Assembly: GCA_965659785.1 (NCBI GenBank)
Contig: CBFHXL010000003.1
Coordinates: 27,203 to 91,202, forward strand
Source: Candidatus Puniceispirillales bacterium
Lineage (GTDB): Bacteria; Pseudomonadota; Alphaproteobacteria; Puniceispirillales; UBA1172
DNA length: 64,000 nucleotides
Direction: 5' to 3'
In this document: positions 1 through 14,911 of the stretch, piece after piece
Position numbering within the stretch: position 1 is the first letter of the stretch
Layout: every line of letters begins with the position of its first letter
Translations under genes and position numbers: made by a program
Notes under the pieces: model-generated
What the model saw: only the letters and a program-made list of their open reading frames with translations
Databases searched by the model: none
What the model was told of the DNA's origin: nothing

Positions 1-442
1 GGGTTTTGATCTCATGCGCCAGCAATGAGGCAAATGAGGACATTCGCCGTGATGACCCCCTAAACTGATCTTGCCCACGCAAGCGTTCCGCAAGTGATCG
101 TTCTTGTATCAAAACCGCCACATGATCTGGACGTTCAATCAATGGCGATAAATGCAAATTAATTAATCGATTACCCAAAATGGGACTTGAGATTTCTATG
201 CCTTGATCGCTGACGCTAGCTGAACTCAACCGGGTTTTGGCAATCATTTCTAGCACAGGTGAAGATGAGGGAAACAGATCACCAATATTCTGCCGCATCA
301 GAATCTTTCGTCCCGTCTGAAAAAACTCCTCTGCGGCGGTGTTGATTTCCACCAATTGGTTTTGGCTATTTACCACCAGCACAGGAAAACTCATAGAATT
401 GAGAACAATATCTGATAAATTGGAAGCAGGCATGATGGTCAT
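1..442 (-). CDS. ntrB: Nitrogen-regulation sensor histidine kinase NtrB, N-terminal part (runs off the window)
   Basis: Not in the ORF track because it is open-ended. My minus-strand translation from the ATG at 442-440 reads MTIMPASNLSDIVLNSMSFPVLVVNSQNQLVEINTAAEEFF...RRMSSFASLLAHEIKN. That is a PAS-like N-terminus followed by a His-kinase H-box. The ATG overlaps the dusB stop (TGATG). dusB(nifR3)-ntrB-ntrC synteny is typical of Alphaproteobacteria. Confidence 0.75.
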   Translation of the reverse strand, partial: MTIMPASNLSDIVLNSMSFPVLVVNSQNQLVEINTAAEEFFQTGRKILMRQNIGDLFPSSSPVLEMIAKTRLSSASVSDQGIEISSPILGNRLINLHLSPLIERPDHVAVLIQERSLAERLRGQDQFRGSSRRMSSFASLLAHEIKT

Positions 443-1425
443 CAGGCGGCCTCATCCAAATCCTGACATCGGGCAAACCAGTCATCCATCGCCGCAAACA
501 CCAGATTGGCATCTGTGGTGTTATTAGCCACTTGCCGCATTTCTGCGGCATGAGGCAGGCCATTAGCATAAGCGCTGACGTGTTTTCTGGCTAACCTTAA
601 GCCGTGTGAGCCATAATGAGATAACATTAAATCCAGATGCGTCCGCATCACCGTATGGCGCGTGGCGATATCCGGGTCTTTGGGCATAATTCCATGCCGA
701 AGCCAATGGTCTATCTGACCAATTAGCCATGGCTTACCGATAGCGGCACGGCCAATCATTACCGCCTCAGCCCCTGAAGCATCTAAAGCCGCACGAGCGG
801 TTTCAGGTGAGGTAATATCCCCATTAACCGCCACAGGCAAATCCACCGCATCAACCACTTCAGCCACGGCTTGCCAATCCGTGCTTCCTTTATAGAACTG
901 GCATCGTGTCCGGCCATGAACCGTTATCATAGATAAACCATGATCCGCCGCCATGCGTGCAATGACAGGGGCATTTTTGGAATGATCATCCCAACCAAGC
1001 CGCATTTTCACAGTCACAGGCCGATCAGAGGCCGCCACCACCGCCCGAAAAATCGCTGCCACAGTGGCTTCGTCTCGCATCAAGGCGGAGCCTGAGAGTT
1101 TTCCCGTTACCTTACGAGCTGGACACCCCAGATTAAGGTCTATCATCGCCGCCCCAAGATCACAGGCAAGGCGTGTTGCCTCCCCCATCATGTAAGGGTC
1201 CCATCCTGCTAATTGCAGGGCAAAAGGAAACTCATCAGAAGCATTGGTAGATAATTTGCGCATTTCTTTTTTGACGCCATTAATCATAGCCTCGCTTGCC
1301 ACCATTTCTGATACCACCAGACCACCATCTAGCTGGCGCACCATACGCCGGAAAGGCCAATCCGTGACCCCGGACATAGGGGCAAGAATAACCTTGTGGT
1401 CAAGTGTGAGCGATCCAATCTGCAT
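442..1425 (-). CDS. dusB: tRNA-dihydrouridine synthase B (NifR3 family)
   Basis: 327-aa ORF with Dus-family motifs VILAPMSGVTDWPFRRM and IDLNLGCPARKV. It lies upstream of ntrB. Confidence 0.92.
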   Translation of the reverse strand: MQIGSLTLDHKVILAPMSGVTDWPFRRMVRQLDGGLVVSEMVASEAMINGVKKEMRKLSTNASDEFPFALQLAGWDPYMMGEATRLACDLGAAMIDLNLGCPARKVTGKLSGSALMRDEATVAAIFRAVVAASDRPVTVKMRLGWDDHSKNAPVIARMAADHGLSMITVHGRTRCQFYKGSTDWQAVAEVVDAVDLPVAVNGDITSPETARAALDASGAEAVMIGRAAIGKPWLIGQIDHWLRHGIMPKDPDIATRHTVMRTHLDLMLSHYGSHGLRLARKHVSAYANGLPHAAEMRQVANNTTDANLVFAAMDDWFARCQDLDEAA

Positions 1426-1577
1426 GCGATATCCAAAAATGCTTAAAAATTAGGCAATGTTTACCATATATCGTCTCATCGTCACAAGCCTGCATTTCCT
1501 TTAAGGGCATTTCCCGATGGAAATAAAAGCCACAGCTTGTGGGTGTAAATCCTCAATTTTCCAGTTATAAAGGAAAC

Positions 1578-2795
1578 ATGACAAACGCTTCTTTTCATGG
1601 ATTGGTTCTGGCGGCTGGCAAAGGCGCCCGTCTTGGCGGTACACCCAAGCAATATCGCCAATTGCATGGCCGGGATATCTGGCTTTATCCGGTGTTGGCG
1701 CTGGCGGAACACGCTGGTTGTCAGGGGGGCGTGGTGATTTGCCCAGACGGGGAAAATGAATACCATATGGCAAAGCTAGCGGAATATCAGCTTAACAACT
1801 GGACAGTTACCACTGGCGGAAAAGAGCGGCAAGATTCTGTTCGCGCAGGATTAGAGGCTTTGCATCACGCTAAATCATCTCAGGATACGGCACAGGGTGT
1901 TCTTATCCATGACGCCGCGCGGCCCTTTATTGACACCGCGCTGATCAATCGGCTGATTTCTGCTTATGATGAAGGAAATCAGGCCGTGATCCCTGCTCTT
2001 CCCCCCGGTGACAGCCTAAAAGCCGTTCATGACAACCGCGTGCTCCTTCCGGTTGACCGCGAACAGGTGATGCGCGTTCAGACGCCGCAATTATTTGACT
2101 TTGATCTGATCTATGATCTTCATCAGCGCTATGCTGGAAGCCGTTTTACCGATGATAGCGCCCTTGCCGAGAAGGCTGGCATATCGGTTTATGTGGTGGA
2201 AGGTGCACCAGAGAGCTTCAAAATCACAACAGAGGCAGACTGGATTATGGCTCAGCGGCTTTCCCCCAATCAAACCTTGTTTAACCAGACCACTGAGACG
2301 CGAACAGGTTATGGCTATGATGTCCACCGGTTCAGTGACGATGCCATCACTGACAGCACCATCATGCTATGCGGTGTTGCCATCCCCCATGATCATCAGA
2401 TCATTGCCCATTCCGATGGTGATGTCGCCCTTCATGCACTGACGGATGCTATTCTTGGTGCGATTGGTGATGGTGATATTGGGGTTCATTTTCCGCCATC
2501 TGATGTGCGCTGGAAAAATGCATCTTCAGATCAGTTTCTTGCCGATGCCTGCCAAAGGGTAACAGCGCAACATGGCCGGATTATCAATTGTGATATTACC
2601 ATTATTGCCGAAACCCCAAAAGTGACCCCCTACCGCGCTGATATGCTGAAACGATTATCCAGCATCATGGGCATTTCCATCACTCGCATATCCGTTAAAG
2701 CCACCACAAGCGAAACCATGGGCTTTGTTGGTCGGCGTGAGGGCATTGCCGCCCATGCCATGGTCAGCGTTGCGCTCCCTTCAGGATTATCATGA
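1578..2795 (+). CDS. ispDF: Bifunctional 2-C-methyl-D-erythritol 4-phosphate cytidylyltransferase / MEcPP synthase (IspDF)
   Basis: The N-terminal half has LVLAAGKGARLG (IspD). The C-terminal half has GYGYDVHRF...HSDGDVALHALTDA (IspF). I trimmed the start to the ATG at 1578 (MTNASFHG), which is preceded by AAAGGAAAC. The ORF track starts at 1539. Confidence 0.9.
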   Translation: MTNASFHGLVLAAGKGARLGGTPKQYRQLHGRDIWLYPVLALAEHAGCQGGVVICPDGENEYHMAKLAEYQLNNWTVTTGGKERQDSVRAGLEALHHAKSSQDTAQGVLIHDAARPFIDTALINRLISAYDEGNQAVIPALPPGDSLKAVHDNRVLLPVDREQVMRVQTPQLFDFDLIYDLHQRYAGSRFTDDSALAEKAGISVYVVEGAPESFKITTEADWIMAQRLSPNQTLFNQTTETRTGYGYDVHRFSDDAITDSTIMLCGVAIPHDHQIIAHSDGDVALHALTDAILGAIGDGDIGVHFPPSDVRWKNASSDQFLADACQRVTAQHGRIINCDITIIAETPKVTPYRADMLKRLSSIMGISITRISVKATTSETMGFVGRREGIAAHAMVSVALPSGLS

Positions 2796-3307
2796 TGTCT
2801 CAGAATATTTCCCCTCATCGCTTTTCTGGACTATTATCCGCTATCGCAACCCTTGGGCCGATAGGTTATCTGCCTGCCCCGGGAACAGCAGGATCATTCG
2901 TTGCCGTGATTCTCGGCGCTTTCATAACCATTCAGTTCGGTATGATGACGCTGGTTGTTATGATTGTGATCGCTACACTGATTTCTTTCCCTGCGATTGA
3001 TACCCACCACGCCATGACAGGCAAGCATGACAACAAAGAAATCATTATTGATGAGGTGGTGGGCCAGTGGCTCGTGTTGCTATCCATCCCCTTATCCCCC
3101 ATGTGGGAACAGGGTTATCTGATCCTAGCGGCGTTAGCCTTTGTTCTGTTTCGGGTCTTTGATATCTTAAAGCCCCCACCTGTATCAACCGCCGAAGACT
3201 TACCCGGGGCGGCAGGGGTTATTGCTGATGATGTGATGGCTGGTGTTCTAGCCGGGGTCTTGATTATGGGGGGAATGCAACTCATTAACGCGATGGCAAG
3301 TTCATGA
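2792..3307 (+). CDS. pgpA: Phosphatidylglycerophosphatase A
   Basis: 171-aa membrane protein with GPIGYLPAPGTAGS and DEVVGQW motifs. Its start overlaps the ispDF stop. Confidence 0.85.
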   Translation: MMSQNISPHRFSGLLSAIATLGPIGYLPAPGTAGSFVAVILGAFITIQFGMMTLVVMIVIATLISFPAIDTHHAMTGKHDNKEIIIDEVVGQWLVLLSIPLSPMWEQGYLILAALAFVLFRVFDILKPPPVSTAEDLPGAAGVIADDVMAGVLAGVLIMGGMQLINAMASS

Positions 3308-3822
3308 CCGATGCTGCCACCATCCTATCACTGGCGCGGCAGGCAGGGTTCATGCTTGCTACGGCAGAGAGCTGTACTGGGGGATTGATCATAAGTCGTC
3401 TGACTGATATTGCCGGATCATCTGATGTGGTGGATCGGGGTTTTATCACCTATTCCAACGCAGCAAAATCGGAAGTATTAGGCGTTCCCCAAGAGATGAT
3501 CAAACAATTCGGTGCTGTCAGTCAACCTGTTGCAGAGGCCATGGCCATAGGCGCCTGCACCGCATCCGCGAAGGGAAAACACGGCAATTTAGCGGTTTCC
3601 GTAACCGGAATTGCTGGCCCCGGCGGCGGCAGCGCGGATAAACCTGTCGGCACCGTATGGTTTGGTTTAGCCTTCCGCGACGACGATAGCGCCCCCCACG
3701 TCACAAGCTGGACATCCATTTTTCCGGGGGATCGCCACGCTGTCCGCCTTGCCACGGTTGAGGCGGCGTTATCCCATGTCGCGGCGAGATTACAAGAACA
3801 GATCGCAATCCCCAAAGGTTAA
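3304..3822 (+). CDS. CinA C-terminal-domain protein / nicotinamide-nucleotide amidohydrolase (PncC-like)
   Basis: 172 aa with ATAESCTGGL and SVTGIAGPGGG motifs typical of CinA_C/PncC. Confidence 0.85.
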   Translation: MTDAATILSLARQAGFMLATAESCTGGLIISRLTDIAGSSDVVDRGFITYSNAAKSEVLGVPQEMIKQFGAVSQPVAEAMAIGACTASAKGKHGNLAVSVTGIAGPGGGSADKPVGTVWFGLAFRDDDSAPHVTSWTSIFPGDRHAVRLATVEAALSHVAARLQEQIAIPKG

Positions 3823-4271
3823 TCAGGCGCTTTAACCCGTGGATAAAGCACATCGGCGCGTGTCTCAAATGCCCTGACCATGCGCTTGACTGCTTCTGAG
3901 AACAGCGTTTCTATCACCGATTGAAAAAACCGTGACCGAAACTCAAAATCAACGTGAAAATCAATCACACACCCTTGCGGATCAGGCTTAAAATGCCATG
4001 AGTTTTCCAGATATTTGAATGGCCCTTCGGCATAGCGCACATATATTTTTAATTCGTCAGGGTTAAAATCCACATAAGAGGTGAATTTTTCCCGATAAAT
4101 GCGAAATCCAATGATTAAATCGGCAATCATCTGTTCATCATCTTGTTGCCGGACCCTCGCCGCAAGGCACCATGGCAAAAACTCAGGATAGGCTTTAACA
4201 TCTGATACCAACTCGTACAGATTTTCTGGTAAATGCGGTATCCGTCTTTCTTCAGAATGTTTTGTCATCAT
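3819..4271 (-). CDS. SRPBCC-fold protein (RatA / COQ10-like, polyketide-cyclase family)
   Basis: 150 aa with an AYPEFLPWC motif. It is co-oriented with lipA and overlaps it by 4 nt, a common alphaproteobacterial arrangement. Confidence 0.75.
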   Translation of the reverse strand: MMTKHSEERRIPHLPENLYELVSDVKAYPEFLPWCLAARVRQQDDEQMIADLIIGFRIYREKFTSYVDFNPDELKIYVRYAEGPFKYLENSWHFKPDPQGCVIDFHVDFEFRSRFFQSVIETLFSEAVKRMVRAFETRADVLYPRVKAPD

Positions 4272-5260
4272 TTGCCCTTAACGGTGAAGCGGCGTTGCCG
4301 TTCCGCTTGCAACACGGCAAAATCGGCATCAGCATGATAAGATGATCGCGTTAATGGGGTTGCGGATATCAACAAAAACCCTTTAGCCTTGCCTTGCCGC
4401 GATAGGCTTGCAAACTCATCAGGTGTCCAAAATCGGTCTATAGGATGATGCTTTGGCGTGGGTTGAAGATACTGGCCAATGGTCATGAAATCCACCTCTG
4501 CGCTGCGCATATCATCCATCACCTGCAGCACTTCATCATGGGTTTCGCCTAAACCAACCATAATCCCTGATTTGGTAAAGATAGAGGCATCAAGCTGTTT
4601 GACCTGATGAAGCAGATGAAGCGAGTGAAAATACCGCGCTCCCGGACGAACCGACGGATAAAGCCGGGGCACAGTTTCCAGATTGTGATTAAAGACATCA
4701 GGGCGCGCCGCCACCACTTTTTCAAGGGCACCATCCTTTTTAAGGAAATCAGGGGTTAGCACCTCAACCGTGGTTGCTGGCGAAACAGACCTTATGGCGG
4801 TAATGACCCGGGCAAAATGATCAGCCCCGCCATCATCAAGATCATCACGATCAACTGAAGTGATGACAACATGGGCAAGACCAAGCTTTGCCACCGCGTC
4901 GGCCACGCGTTCAGGTTCATGAGGATCAAGCTGATCTGGCCTGCCTGTGGCGACATTACAAAACGCACAGGCCCGGGTACAGACAGACCCAAGGATCATC
5001 ATGGTTGCATGCTTCTTTTGCCAGCACTCGCCAATATTCGGGCAGGCGGCTTCCTCGCAGACAGTGACCAGATGATGCGCCCGAACAATCTCACGCGTGT
5101 CTTCAAAGGCTTTTGATTGCGGCGCTTTAACCCGAAGCCAGTCCGGACGTTTTGGTTGAGGCTGGCTCTGGTTTTTTGCCTTTTCCGGATGGCGCTCTGC
5201 CCCGCGCAGTCCCTGACCACGGAAAATCACTTTATCGTTGCTGTTATCGTTCATCATCAC
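4268..5260 (-). CDS. lipA: Lipoyl synthase
   Basis: [13 protein letters not shown] plus the radical-SAM motif [10 protein letters not shown]. 330 aa. Confidence 0.95.
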   Translation of the reverse strand: MMMNDNSNDKVIFRGQGLRGAERHPEKAKNQSQPQPKRPDWLRVKAPQSKAFEDTREIVRAHHLVTVCEEAACPNIGECWQKKHATMMILGSVCTRACAFCNVATGRPDQLDPHEPERVADAVAKLGLAHVVITSVDRDDLDDGGADHFARVITAIRSVSPATTVEVLTPDFLKKDGALEKVVAARPDVFNHNLETVPRLYPSVRPGARYFHSLHLLHQVKQLDASIFTKSGIMVGLGETHDEVLQVMDDMRSAEVDFMTIGQYLQPTPKHHPIDRFWTPDEFASLSRQGKAKGFLLISATPLTRSSYHADADFAVLQAERQRRFTVKGK

Positions 5261-5319
5261 GCCTGTCTAAAATGCGCCGACGGTAAAGGAAAGGTCTTTT
5301 TTATTCCTTAGCGCCTTTT

Positions 5320-6732
5320 CTAAAAATGAATTACCCGATCAAAGGCATCGAGAACCGATTCATGCATGGCTTCGGATAAGGTTGGATGCGGGAACACGGC
5401 CTGCATTAATTCGGCTTCCGTTGCCTCACATTGGCGTGCAACAACATAACCATGGATCAACTCGGTGACTTCAGGGCCGATCATATGAGCACCTAAAAGC
5501 TCACCTGTTTTCTTATCAAAAATGGTTTTGACCATACCGTCATCATCACCAAGAGCGATAGCCTTGCCATTTCCGCGAAATGGAAAGCGCCCTACCCTTA
5601 ATTCATATCCAGCATCAAGGGCAGCTTGTTCCGTCAGGCCAACGCTAGCAATTTGAGGGCGACAATAAGTACAACCCGGAATATCACTAGCTTTCATGGT
5701 GTGCCCATCACTCTTTCCTGCGAGATGTTCAGCGGCAATAATCCCCTCATGACTTGCCTTATGGGCAAGCCACGGCGCCCCGGTCATATCGCCAATGGCA
5801 TAAATCCCTTTGATATTGGTCTGACCAAATCCATCGGTGACAACATGACCACGATCTAGTGTCACCCCAACCTCTTCTAGGCCAAGATGTTCAATATTCG
5901 CGACAATCCCAACCGCAAGAATACAACGGTCTGCGGTGATGTCTGATTTCTTGCCGCCAATAGAAACACTAGCCTTAACCCCGGAAGTGGCGGCTTTACT
6001 GGCGCTAACCTGTTCTAGTTTTGCCCCTTTGTGAATGGTGATGCCCCTAGCGATAAAGGCTTTTTCTGCCATGGCAGAAATCTCATGATCTTCGACAGGC
6101 AGGATACGGTCTGCGGCCTCAACTACCGTCACATTAACCCCCATATCCGCATAAAAAGATGCAAACTCCATCCCGATAGCGCCTGATCCAATGATGAGCA
6201 AATGTTCAGGCATAGTTTTTGGGGTCATGGCCTCACGATAGGTGACAATGTTCACACCATTAGGGGTAATTCCGGGCAAATGTCTTGCCCTTGCCCCTGT
6301 TGCCAAAATGACTTTACCAGCACTAATCGGGTCACCCTTATCAAGGGCAATCTGCCAGTCATCACCTGTCTTTTGGTGCAATGTCGCCGTTGCCGCATAA
6401 ACCGTGATCTTATGTTTTTTCATCAAATGGGATATTCCGGCGGATAAGGTTGCCGCCACATCACGCGACCGTTTGACTACTTTTTCGGGATCAAAGCTCA
6501 ACTGACCTATGGTAATGCCAAATTGATCTGCGGTCGACGCCAGATGATAGATTTCTGCCGCACGAAGCAAAGCCTTGGTAGGAATACAGCCCCAGTTTAG
6601 GCAAACCCCGCCCATATTTTCACGCTCAACCACTGCCACCTTAAGCCCTAATTGGCTAGCCCGAATAGCCGCGACATATCCCCCCGGCCCACCACCAATG
6701 ACGACCAGATCATATCTTGATTTATCCGACAT
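5320..6732 (-). CDS. lpdA: Dihydrolipoyl dehydrogenase (E3)
   Basis: GGGPGGYVAAIRA FAD fold and the redox disulfide GGVCLNWGCIPTK. 470 aa, downstream of pdhABC. Confidence 0.95.
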   Translation of the reverse strand: MSDKSRYDLVVIGGGPGGYVAAIRASQLGLKVAVVERENMGGVCLNWGCIPTKALLRAAEIYHLASTADQFGITIGQLSFDPEKVVKRSRDVAATLSAGISHLMKKHKITVYAATATLHQKTGDDWQIALDKGDPISAGKVILATGARARHLPGITPNGVNIVTYREAMTPKTMPEHLLIIGSGAIGMEFASFYADMGVNVTVVEAADRILPVEDHEISAMAEKAFIARGITIHKGAKLEQVSASKAATSGVKASVSIGGKKSDITADRCILAVGIVANIEHLGLEEVGVTLDRGHVVTDGFGQTNIKGIYAIGDMTGAPWLAHKASHEGIIAAEHLAGKSDGHTMKASDIPGCTYCRPQIASVGLTEQAALDAGYELRVGRFPFRGNGKAIALGDDDGMVKTIFDKKTGELLGAHMIGPEVTELIHGYVVARQCEATEAELMQAVFPHPTLSEAMHESVLDAFDRVIHF

Positions 6733-6741
6733 TCGTGTCTC

Positions 6742-8061
6742 CTAGATGAGGGCTAGCATAGGGTTTTCAACTATCGTCTTAAACTCAGCTATCCATTTTG
6801 CGCCTACTGCGCCATCAACAACACGGTGATCACAAGATAACGTCACCGTCATCATTGTCGCCGTGGTAATAGCCCCATCCTTGACGACTGGCATTTCCCG
6901 GCCAGCACCAATGGCAAGAATTGCCCCATGCGGCGGATTAATCACTGCCGTAAATGATGAGACGCCAAACATTCCTAAATTGGAAATAGTGAAACTGCCG
7001 CCACTAAACTCATCTCGTTTAAGGCGGCCTTCTTGGGCTTTTTGCACCAATGCCTTCACTTCACCAGAAACGGCAGTCAGCGATTTTTGATCCGCTTGCC
7101 AGACAATCGGGGTAACCAATCCCCCATCAAGTGCCACTGCTACCGCGATATCAGCATGATGCCATTGTCGGATATGATCACCTTCCCATGAAGAATTGAC
7201 CTCAGGCACCTTAATCAAACAGGCCGCCGCACATTTGATCAGCAAATCGTTAATCGTGACCTTGGCCTCATCTGGCTGGGCGGTATTAATAGACTTTCTT
7301 GCCGCTAAGAGCGCATCAAGCTCAATATCCATATTCAAATAAAAATGCGGCGCGTCCTGCATAGATTGTTGCAAGCGTGAGGCGATCACCTTGCGCGTGG
7401 GGCTTACCGGGATCAAGGTTGACTGTTCTGTTGGGTCAGCAGGCACAGTGGCCTGCTTAGCCATTTTGGTTGGGTCAGATATCTCACCATTTGTGGCGGC
7501 ATTTTCAATATCAATTTTAATGATGCGGCCATGCGGCCCAGTGCCTTTAATATGGGAAAGATCAATCCCCTTTTGTTCAGCGATCCGCCTTGCCAAAGGA
7601 CTAGCAAAGATGCGATCCCCTTTTTGCCCATGATTTTGGGCCTGATGTTGCGGTGGCTGAGGTTGTGAGATTTGTGCGTTTGCGGCTTCCTGTTCCGGCT
7701 TGGGGAGAGGCTTTGCCGCAGACGAGTTTTGGGGGGACTTTTCCTCAGTGAGTGGCGGTGAAACGGCCTCTGGCCCTAGTTTTGTGGCGGCATCAGGGGT
7801 TTGACCTAATGCGCTTTCTTCGCCTTCATCAAGTATCTCAGCAATAGCCGTCCCCACAGCCACCCCTTCGGCGCCTTCGGCAACAAGAATACTGGTTAAC
7901 ACCCCATCATCTAGCGCCTCAATTTCCATCAAGGCTTTATCTGTCTCAATTTCCGCAATGACATCGCCCGAAGAAACGGTGTCGCCCTCTTTCACTAGCC
8001 ATCTGGCTAGCTTTCCTTCGGTCATGGTTGGCGACAAGGCCGGCATAGATATAATAGCCAT
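6742..8061 (-). CDS. pdhC: Pyruvate dehydrogenase E2, dihydrolipoamide acetyltransferase
   Basis: Lipoyl domain ([13 protein letters not shown]...EIETDKA), a Pro/Ala/Gln-rich linker, an E3-binding segment (ASPLARRIA) and the catalytic DHRVVDG. Confidence 0.93.
   Translation of the reverse strand: MAIISMPALSPTMTEGKLARWLVKEGDTVSSGDVIAEIETDKALMEIEALDDGVLTSILVAEGAEGVAVGTAIAEILDEGEESALGQTPDAATKLGPEAVSPPLTEEKSPQNSSAAKPLPKPEQEAANAQISQPQPPQHQAQNHGQKGDRIFASPLARRIAEQKGIDLSHIKGTGPHGRIIKIDIENAATNGEISDPTKMAKQATVPADPTEQSTLIPVSPTRKVIASRLQQSMQDAPHFYLNMDIELDALLAARKSINTAQPDEAKVTINDLLIKCAAACLIKVPEVNSSWEGDHIRQWHHADIAVAVALDGGLVTPIVWQADQKSLTAVSGEVKALVQKAQEGRLKRDEFSGGSFTISNLGMFGVSSFTAVINPPHGAILAIGAGREMPVVKDGAITTATMMTVTLSCDHRVVDGAVGAKWIAEFKTIVENPMLALI
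7831..8061 (-). repeat. Lipoyl-domain coding repeat, copy in pdhC
   Basis: Paralogous to 9220-9450. It includes a perfectly identical 35-nt run (8012-8046 = 9398-9432). Confidence 0.8.
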
Positions 8062-8064
8062 GGC

Positions 8065-9450
8065 TTATCCCCTTTCCTTTTGATAAGTGACGTCAAGCCC
8101 AGCTTTAACAATCGTATCAACTTGCGGCAAAGCTAACGCTTCTAGGTTGGCGGCATATGGCATTGGCACATCTGCCCCGGTAACACGAAGCGGCGGAGCG
8201 TCCAGCCAGTCAAAAGCCTTTTCTGTGACTTGCGCTGATAATTCTGCGCCAATACCAGCAAAAGGAAAGCCTTCCTCACAACTGATAAAGCGATTGGTCT
8301 TTTTCACCGAGGCCAAAATAGTATCAATATCAAGTGGCCTTAATGACCGCAGATCAATGACCTCAGCGCTAATCCCTTCTGCGGCTAATAAATCAGCGGC
8401 TTCTAGGGCTTTGCCAACCATAATGGAAAACGCCGTTATCGTAACATCCGTGCCTTCACGAACGACATTTGCCTTACCAATAGGAACGAGCCAATCATCA
8501 TCATCAGGAACATCAAAACTTTGCCCATAAAGGACTTCATTTTCAAGGAAGATCACAGGGTTAGGATCACGAATAGCGGCTTTCAGTAAGCCTTTGGCAT
8601 CTGCCGCTGACCATGGTGCCACCACCTTTAGCCCCGGGCAATGCGCATACCAACTGGCAAAACATTGGGAATGCTGGGCGGCAACCCTTGCCGCCGCCCC
8701 GTTAGGGCCACGAAAGACAATTGGGCATCCCATCTGACCACCAGACATATAAAGCGTCTTAGCGGCAGAATTAATAATCTGATCAATGGCTTGCATGGCA
8801 AAGTTAAAAGTCATAAACTCAATAATCGGGCGCAATTCGCCAAAGGCGGCACCAACCCCTAATCCCGCAAAACCCATTTCGGTTATTGGCGTATCAACCA
8901 CGCGGCGAGCACCAAACTCATCCAGCAACCCTTGCGACACTTTATATGCGCCTTGATATTCGCCGACCTCTTCCCCCATCAGAAAGACATTCTCATCCCG
9001 GCGCATTTCCTCTGCCATGGCATCACGCAGGGCTTCTCGCACCGATAGAGGGGCAACAGCGCCCGAATAAGGACTTGAGGAAAAGGTTTCCACAGGCTTA
9101 GCCGCAGGGGCAGTAGGTTGAGGCGGTTGCGCCGCCTGGTTGGGCGGTTGCGCATCACTTGTCTGGTCATTCTTACCATGGCTATCATCTGTGTCTGACG
9201 GGGCGTCTTCACCTGTATCAAGAACCGCAATAGCAGTTCCGACAGCGACACCATCTTCGCCTTCAGCCACTTCAAGAGCAGTGATCGTACCATCATCAAG
9301 GGCTTCGACTTCCATCATGGCTTTATCAGTTTCGATTTCTGCAATAACATCACCTGAACGCACCGCGTCACCAACTTTGACAAACCATTTGGCTAGTTTT
9401 CCTTCGGTCATGGTTGGCGACAAGGCCGGCATGGTAATTGTGACGCTCAT
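8065..9450 (-). CDS. pdhB: Pyruvate dehydrogenase E1 beta subunit with N-terminal lipoyl domain
   Basis: The N-terminal ~77 aa form a lipoyl domain ([13 protein letters not shown]). The rest is transketolase-like E1-beta ([22 protein letters not shown]). This architecture is known in Alphaproteobacteria. Confidence 0.93.
   Translation of the reverse strand: MSVTITMPALSPTMTEGKLAKWFVKVGDAVRSGDVIAEIETDKAMMEVEALDDGTITALEVAEGEDGVAVGTAIAVLDTGEDAPSDTDDSHGKNDQTSDAQPPNQAAQPPQPTAPAAKPVETFSSSPYSGAVAPLSVREALRDAMAEEMRRDENVFLMGEEVGEYQGAYKVSQGLLDEFGARRVVDTPITEMGFAGLGVGAAFGELRPIIEFMTFNFAMQAIDQIINSAAKTLYMSGGQMGCPIVFRGPNGAAARVAAQHSQCFASWYAHCPGLKVVAPWSAADAKGLLKAAIRDPNPVIFLENEVLYGQSFDVPDDDDWLVPIGKANVVREGTDVTITAFSIMVGKALEAADLLAAEGISAEVIDLRSLRPLDIDTILASVKKTNRFISCEEGFPFAGIGAELSAQVTEKAFDWLDAPPLRVTGADVPMPYAANLEALALPQVDTIVKAGLDVTYQKERG
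9220..9450 (-). repeat. Lipoyl-domain coding repeat, copy in pdhB
   Basis: Paralogous to 7831-8061, offset 1386 bp. Confidence 0.8.
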
Positions 9451-10559
9451 GATACGCCTCCCTCAAGGATCACATCTGTCCATAATTCAGAGGCATCAGG
9501 TTCAGGGCTTTCCAAAGCAAAATCCGAAGCTTTGCTGACGATCCCTTTAACCTTGGTATCCAGTGATTTGATCTTATCGTTTTCAACACCATCATTGATC
9601 AGAATCTCGCGCAAAGCATCAATCGGATCACGCTGTTTGCGCATGGCGTCAACCTCTTCGCGGGTGCGATATTTCGCCGGATCAGACATCGAATGTCCGC
9701 GATAGCGATAGGTTTGCATTTCCAGAATAAACGGGCCTTTGCCATCCCGGCAATAGGCCATCGCCTCTGCCCCTGCCTCACGCACCGCGAGAACATTCAT
9801 GCCATCAACCTGCATCCCCGGAATGCCATAAGCCTTACCTCTATCAGCAAGGTCACGCCCTGCGGCGGCACGGGAAACCGAGGTGCCCATACCATATTGG
9901 TTATTTTCAATAACAAAGACGACTGGCAATTTCCAAAGCGCCGCCATATTAAAGCTCTCATAGACTTGCCCTTGGTTAATCGCCCCATCCCCAAAATAGG
10001 TGAGCGAAACCCCACCAGTGTTGCGGTATTGATGGGAAAACGCCAGCCCAAGTCCTATGGGCACTTGCGCCGCCACAATGCCATGACCGCCAAAGAAGTT
10101 TTTCTCACGGCTAAACATATGCATAGAGCCGCCCTTCCCCCTAGAATAGCCATCGCGGCGACCCGTTAATTCTGCCATCACCCCATCAGCCGTCATGCCG
10201 CAAGCGAGCATATGCCCGTGATCCCTATATGAGGTAATGACGCTATCACCCTCATTTGATACTGACTGCATCCCAACCACAATGGCCTCTTGTCCGATAT
10301 AAAGATGGCAAAACCCACCAATGACGCCCATGCCATATAGCTGACCTGCTTTTTCTTCAAACCGCCGGATCAGCAGCATTTGTTCATAAAGATCAAGCAT
10401 GGTGTTGGTATCAGGATATTCCGGCGCAACATTTTTAGGCGGTCGCCCTTGCACACGCCGAATATTCTTTTTCGTTGCCGATGCTGAAGATTTGCCGCCA
10501 GATGCAGATATTGCCTTACCTGATGATTTAGAGCTGTACGACTTTGGTGTTTTAGCCAT
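9447..10559 (-). CDS. pdhA: Pyruvate dehydrogenase E1 alpha subunit
   Basis: [26 protein letters not shown] and the TPP motif GDGAINQGQ. The basic Ser/Lys-rich N-terminal tail is usual for alphaproteobacterial PdhA. Confidence 0.93.
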   Translation of the reverse strand: MAKTPKSYSSKSSGKAISASGGKSSASATKKNIRRVQGRPPKNVAPEYPDTNTMLDLYEQMLLIRRFEEKAGQLYGMGVIGGFCHLYIGQEAIVVGMQSVSNEGDSVITSYRDHGHMLACGMTADGVMAELTGRRDGYSRGKGGSMHMFSREKNFFGGHGIVAAQVPIGLGLAFSHQYRNTGGVSLTYFGDGAINQGQVYESFNMAALWKLPVVFVIENNQYGMGTSVSRAAAGRDLADRGKAYGIPGMQVDGMNVLAVREAGAEAMAYCRDGKGPFILEMQTYRYRGHSMSDPAKYRTREEVDAMRKQRDPIDALREILINDGVENDKIKSLDTKVKGIVSKASDFALESPEPDASELWTDVILEGGVS

Positions 10560-10678
10560 GAGACACCCCCCAAAGGAATTTCATGACCTATTTTTTCAGA
10601 AATATAAAAAAATACAATACATTTTTTATTGTTGATATTATTATGTTTTTTTGAAATTAACTTATTTTGGTTAACATT

Positions 10679-10981
10679 CTAATCAACAAAAATGACCATT
10701 TCATTATCATCATAAAGACCATTTTTCTGACGCGCCAATTCCCCCAGCATATCCGGGTCAATCGTATCTAATGACAACAGGCTGACCTTCTTGCGCAAAT
10801 ACGCCTCTTCTAATTTGAGGTTATCCAGTTCTGTTGAAGACGTCACAATATCGTCATCAAGAGGGCGCAAGGACATCAGCCCCCCATCAGCGTTGATCAA
10901 TTGCATAGCAAAAGAAATCAACATAGCCATCATGATCATGTTAAATCCGAAGGGAAGAATTTTGCTTACTGATGGCATCAA
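10679..10981 (-). CDS. ftsB: Septum formation initiator family protein (FtsB-like)
   Basis: 100 aa with one N-terminal TM segment followed by a coiled-coil-like stretch (LDNLKLEEAYLRKKVSLL). It sits in the conserved position between eno and pdhA. Confidence 0.7.
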   Translation of the reverse strand: MMPSVSKILPFGFNMIMMAMLISFAMQLINADGGLMSLRPLDDDIVTSSTELDNLKLEEAYLRKKVSLLSLDTIDPDMLGELARQKNGLYDDNEMVIFVD

Positions 10982-11056
10982 TGCTATCCAATCGTTGCGG
11001 TATGGATCATTGAATCAAATCCGCGAATCGCCGTCAAGTCATATTTTTGTATGTTT

Positions 11057-13217
<2,161 letters not shown>

Positions 13218-13226
13218 GCTTTCCTC

Positions 13227-14864
<1,638 letters not shown>

Positions 14865-14911
14865 CTATACCAAGGATAGCCTTCTGTTCCTAGTCAGAGG
14901 AAAGGATTATT

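Noticed and set aside
3819-3822. Convergent genes sharing overlapping stop codons on a TTAA palindrome (cinA-like/SRPBCC here, and membrane protein/livF at 22920-22923)
   Set aside because: This is a simple consequence of genome compaction. TTAA encodes TAA on both strands, and there is no further structure around either site.
3819-4271. RatA-like 'toxin' that could indicate a toxin-antitoxin module
   Set aside because: There is no partner antitoxin ORF. The protein is the SPRBCC/COQ10-like housekeeping paralogue that is routinely co-located with lipA in Alphaproteobacteria.
8087-10169. Several long antisense ORFs inside pdhB/pdhA (147, 132 and 158 aa). Similar ones lie opposite yceD/plsX (38557-39196) and ggt/prx (29768-30241).
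   Set aside because: They lie entirely within strongly supported enzyme genes on the other strand. They have low-complexity or odd composition and no recognisable motifs or ribosome-binding sites. They are typical frame shadows.
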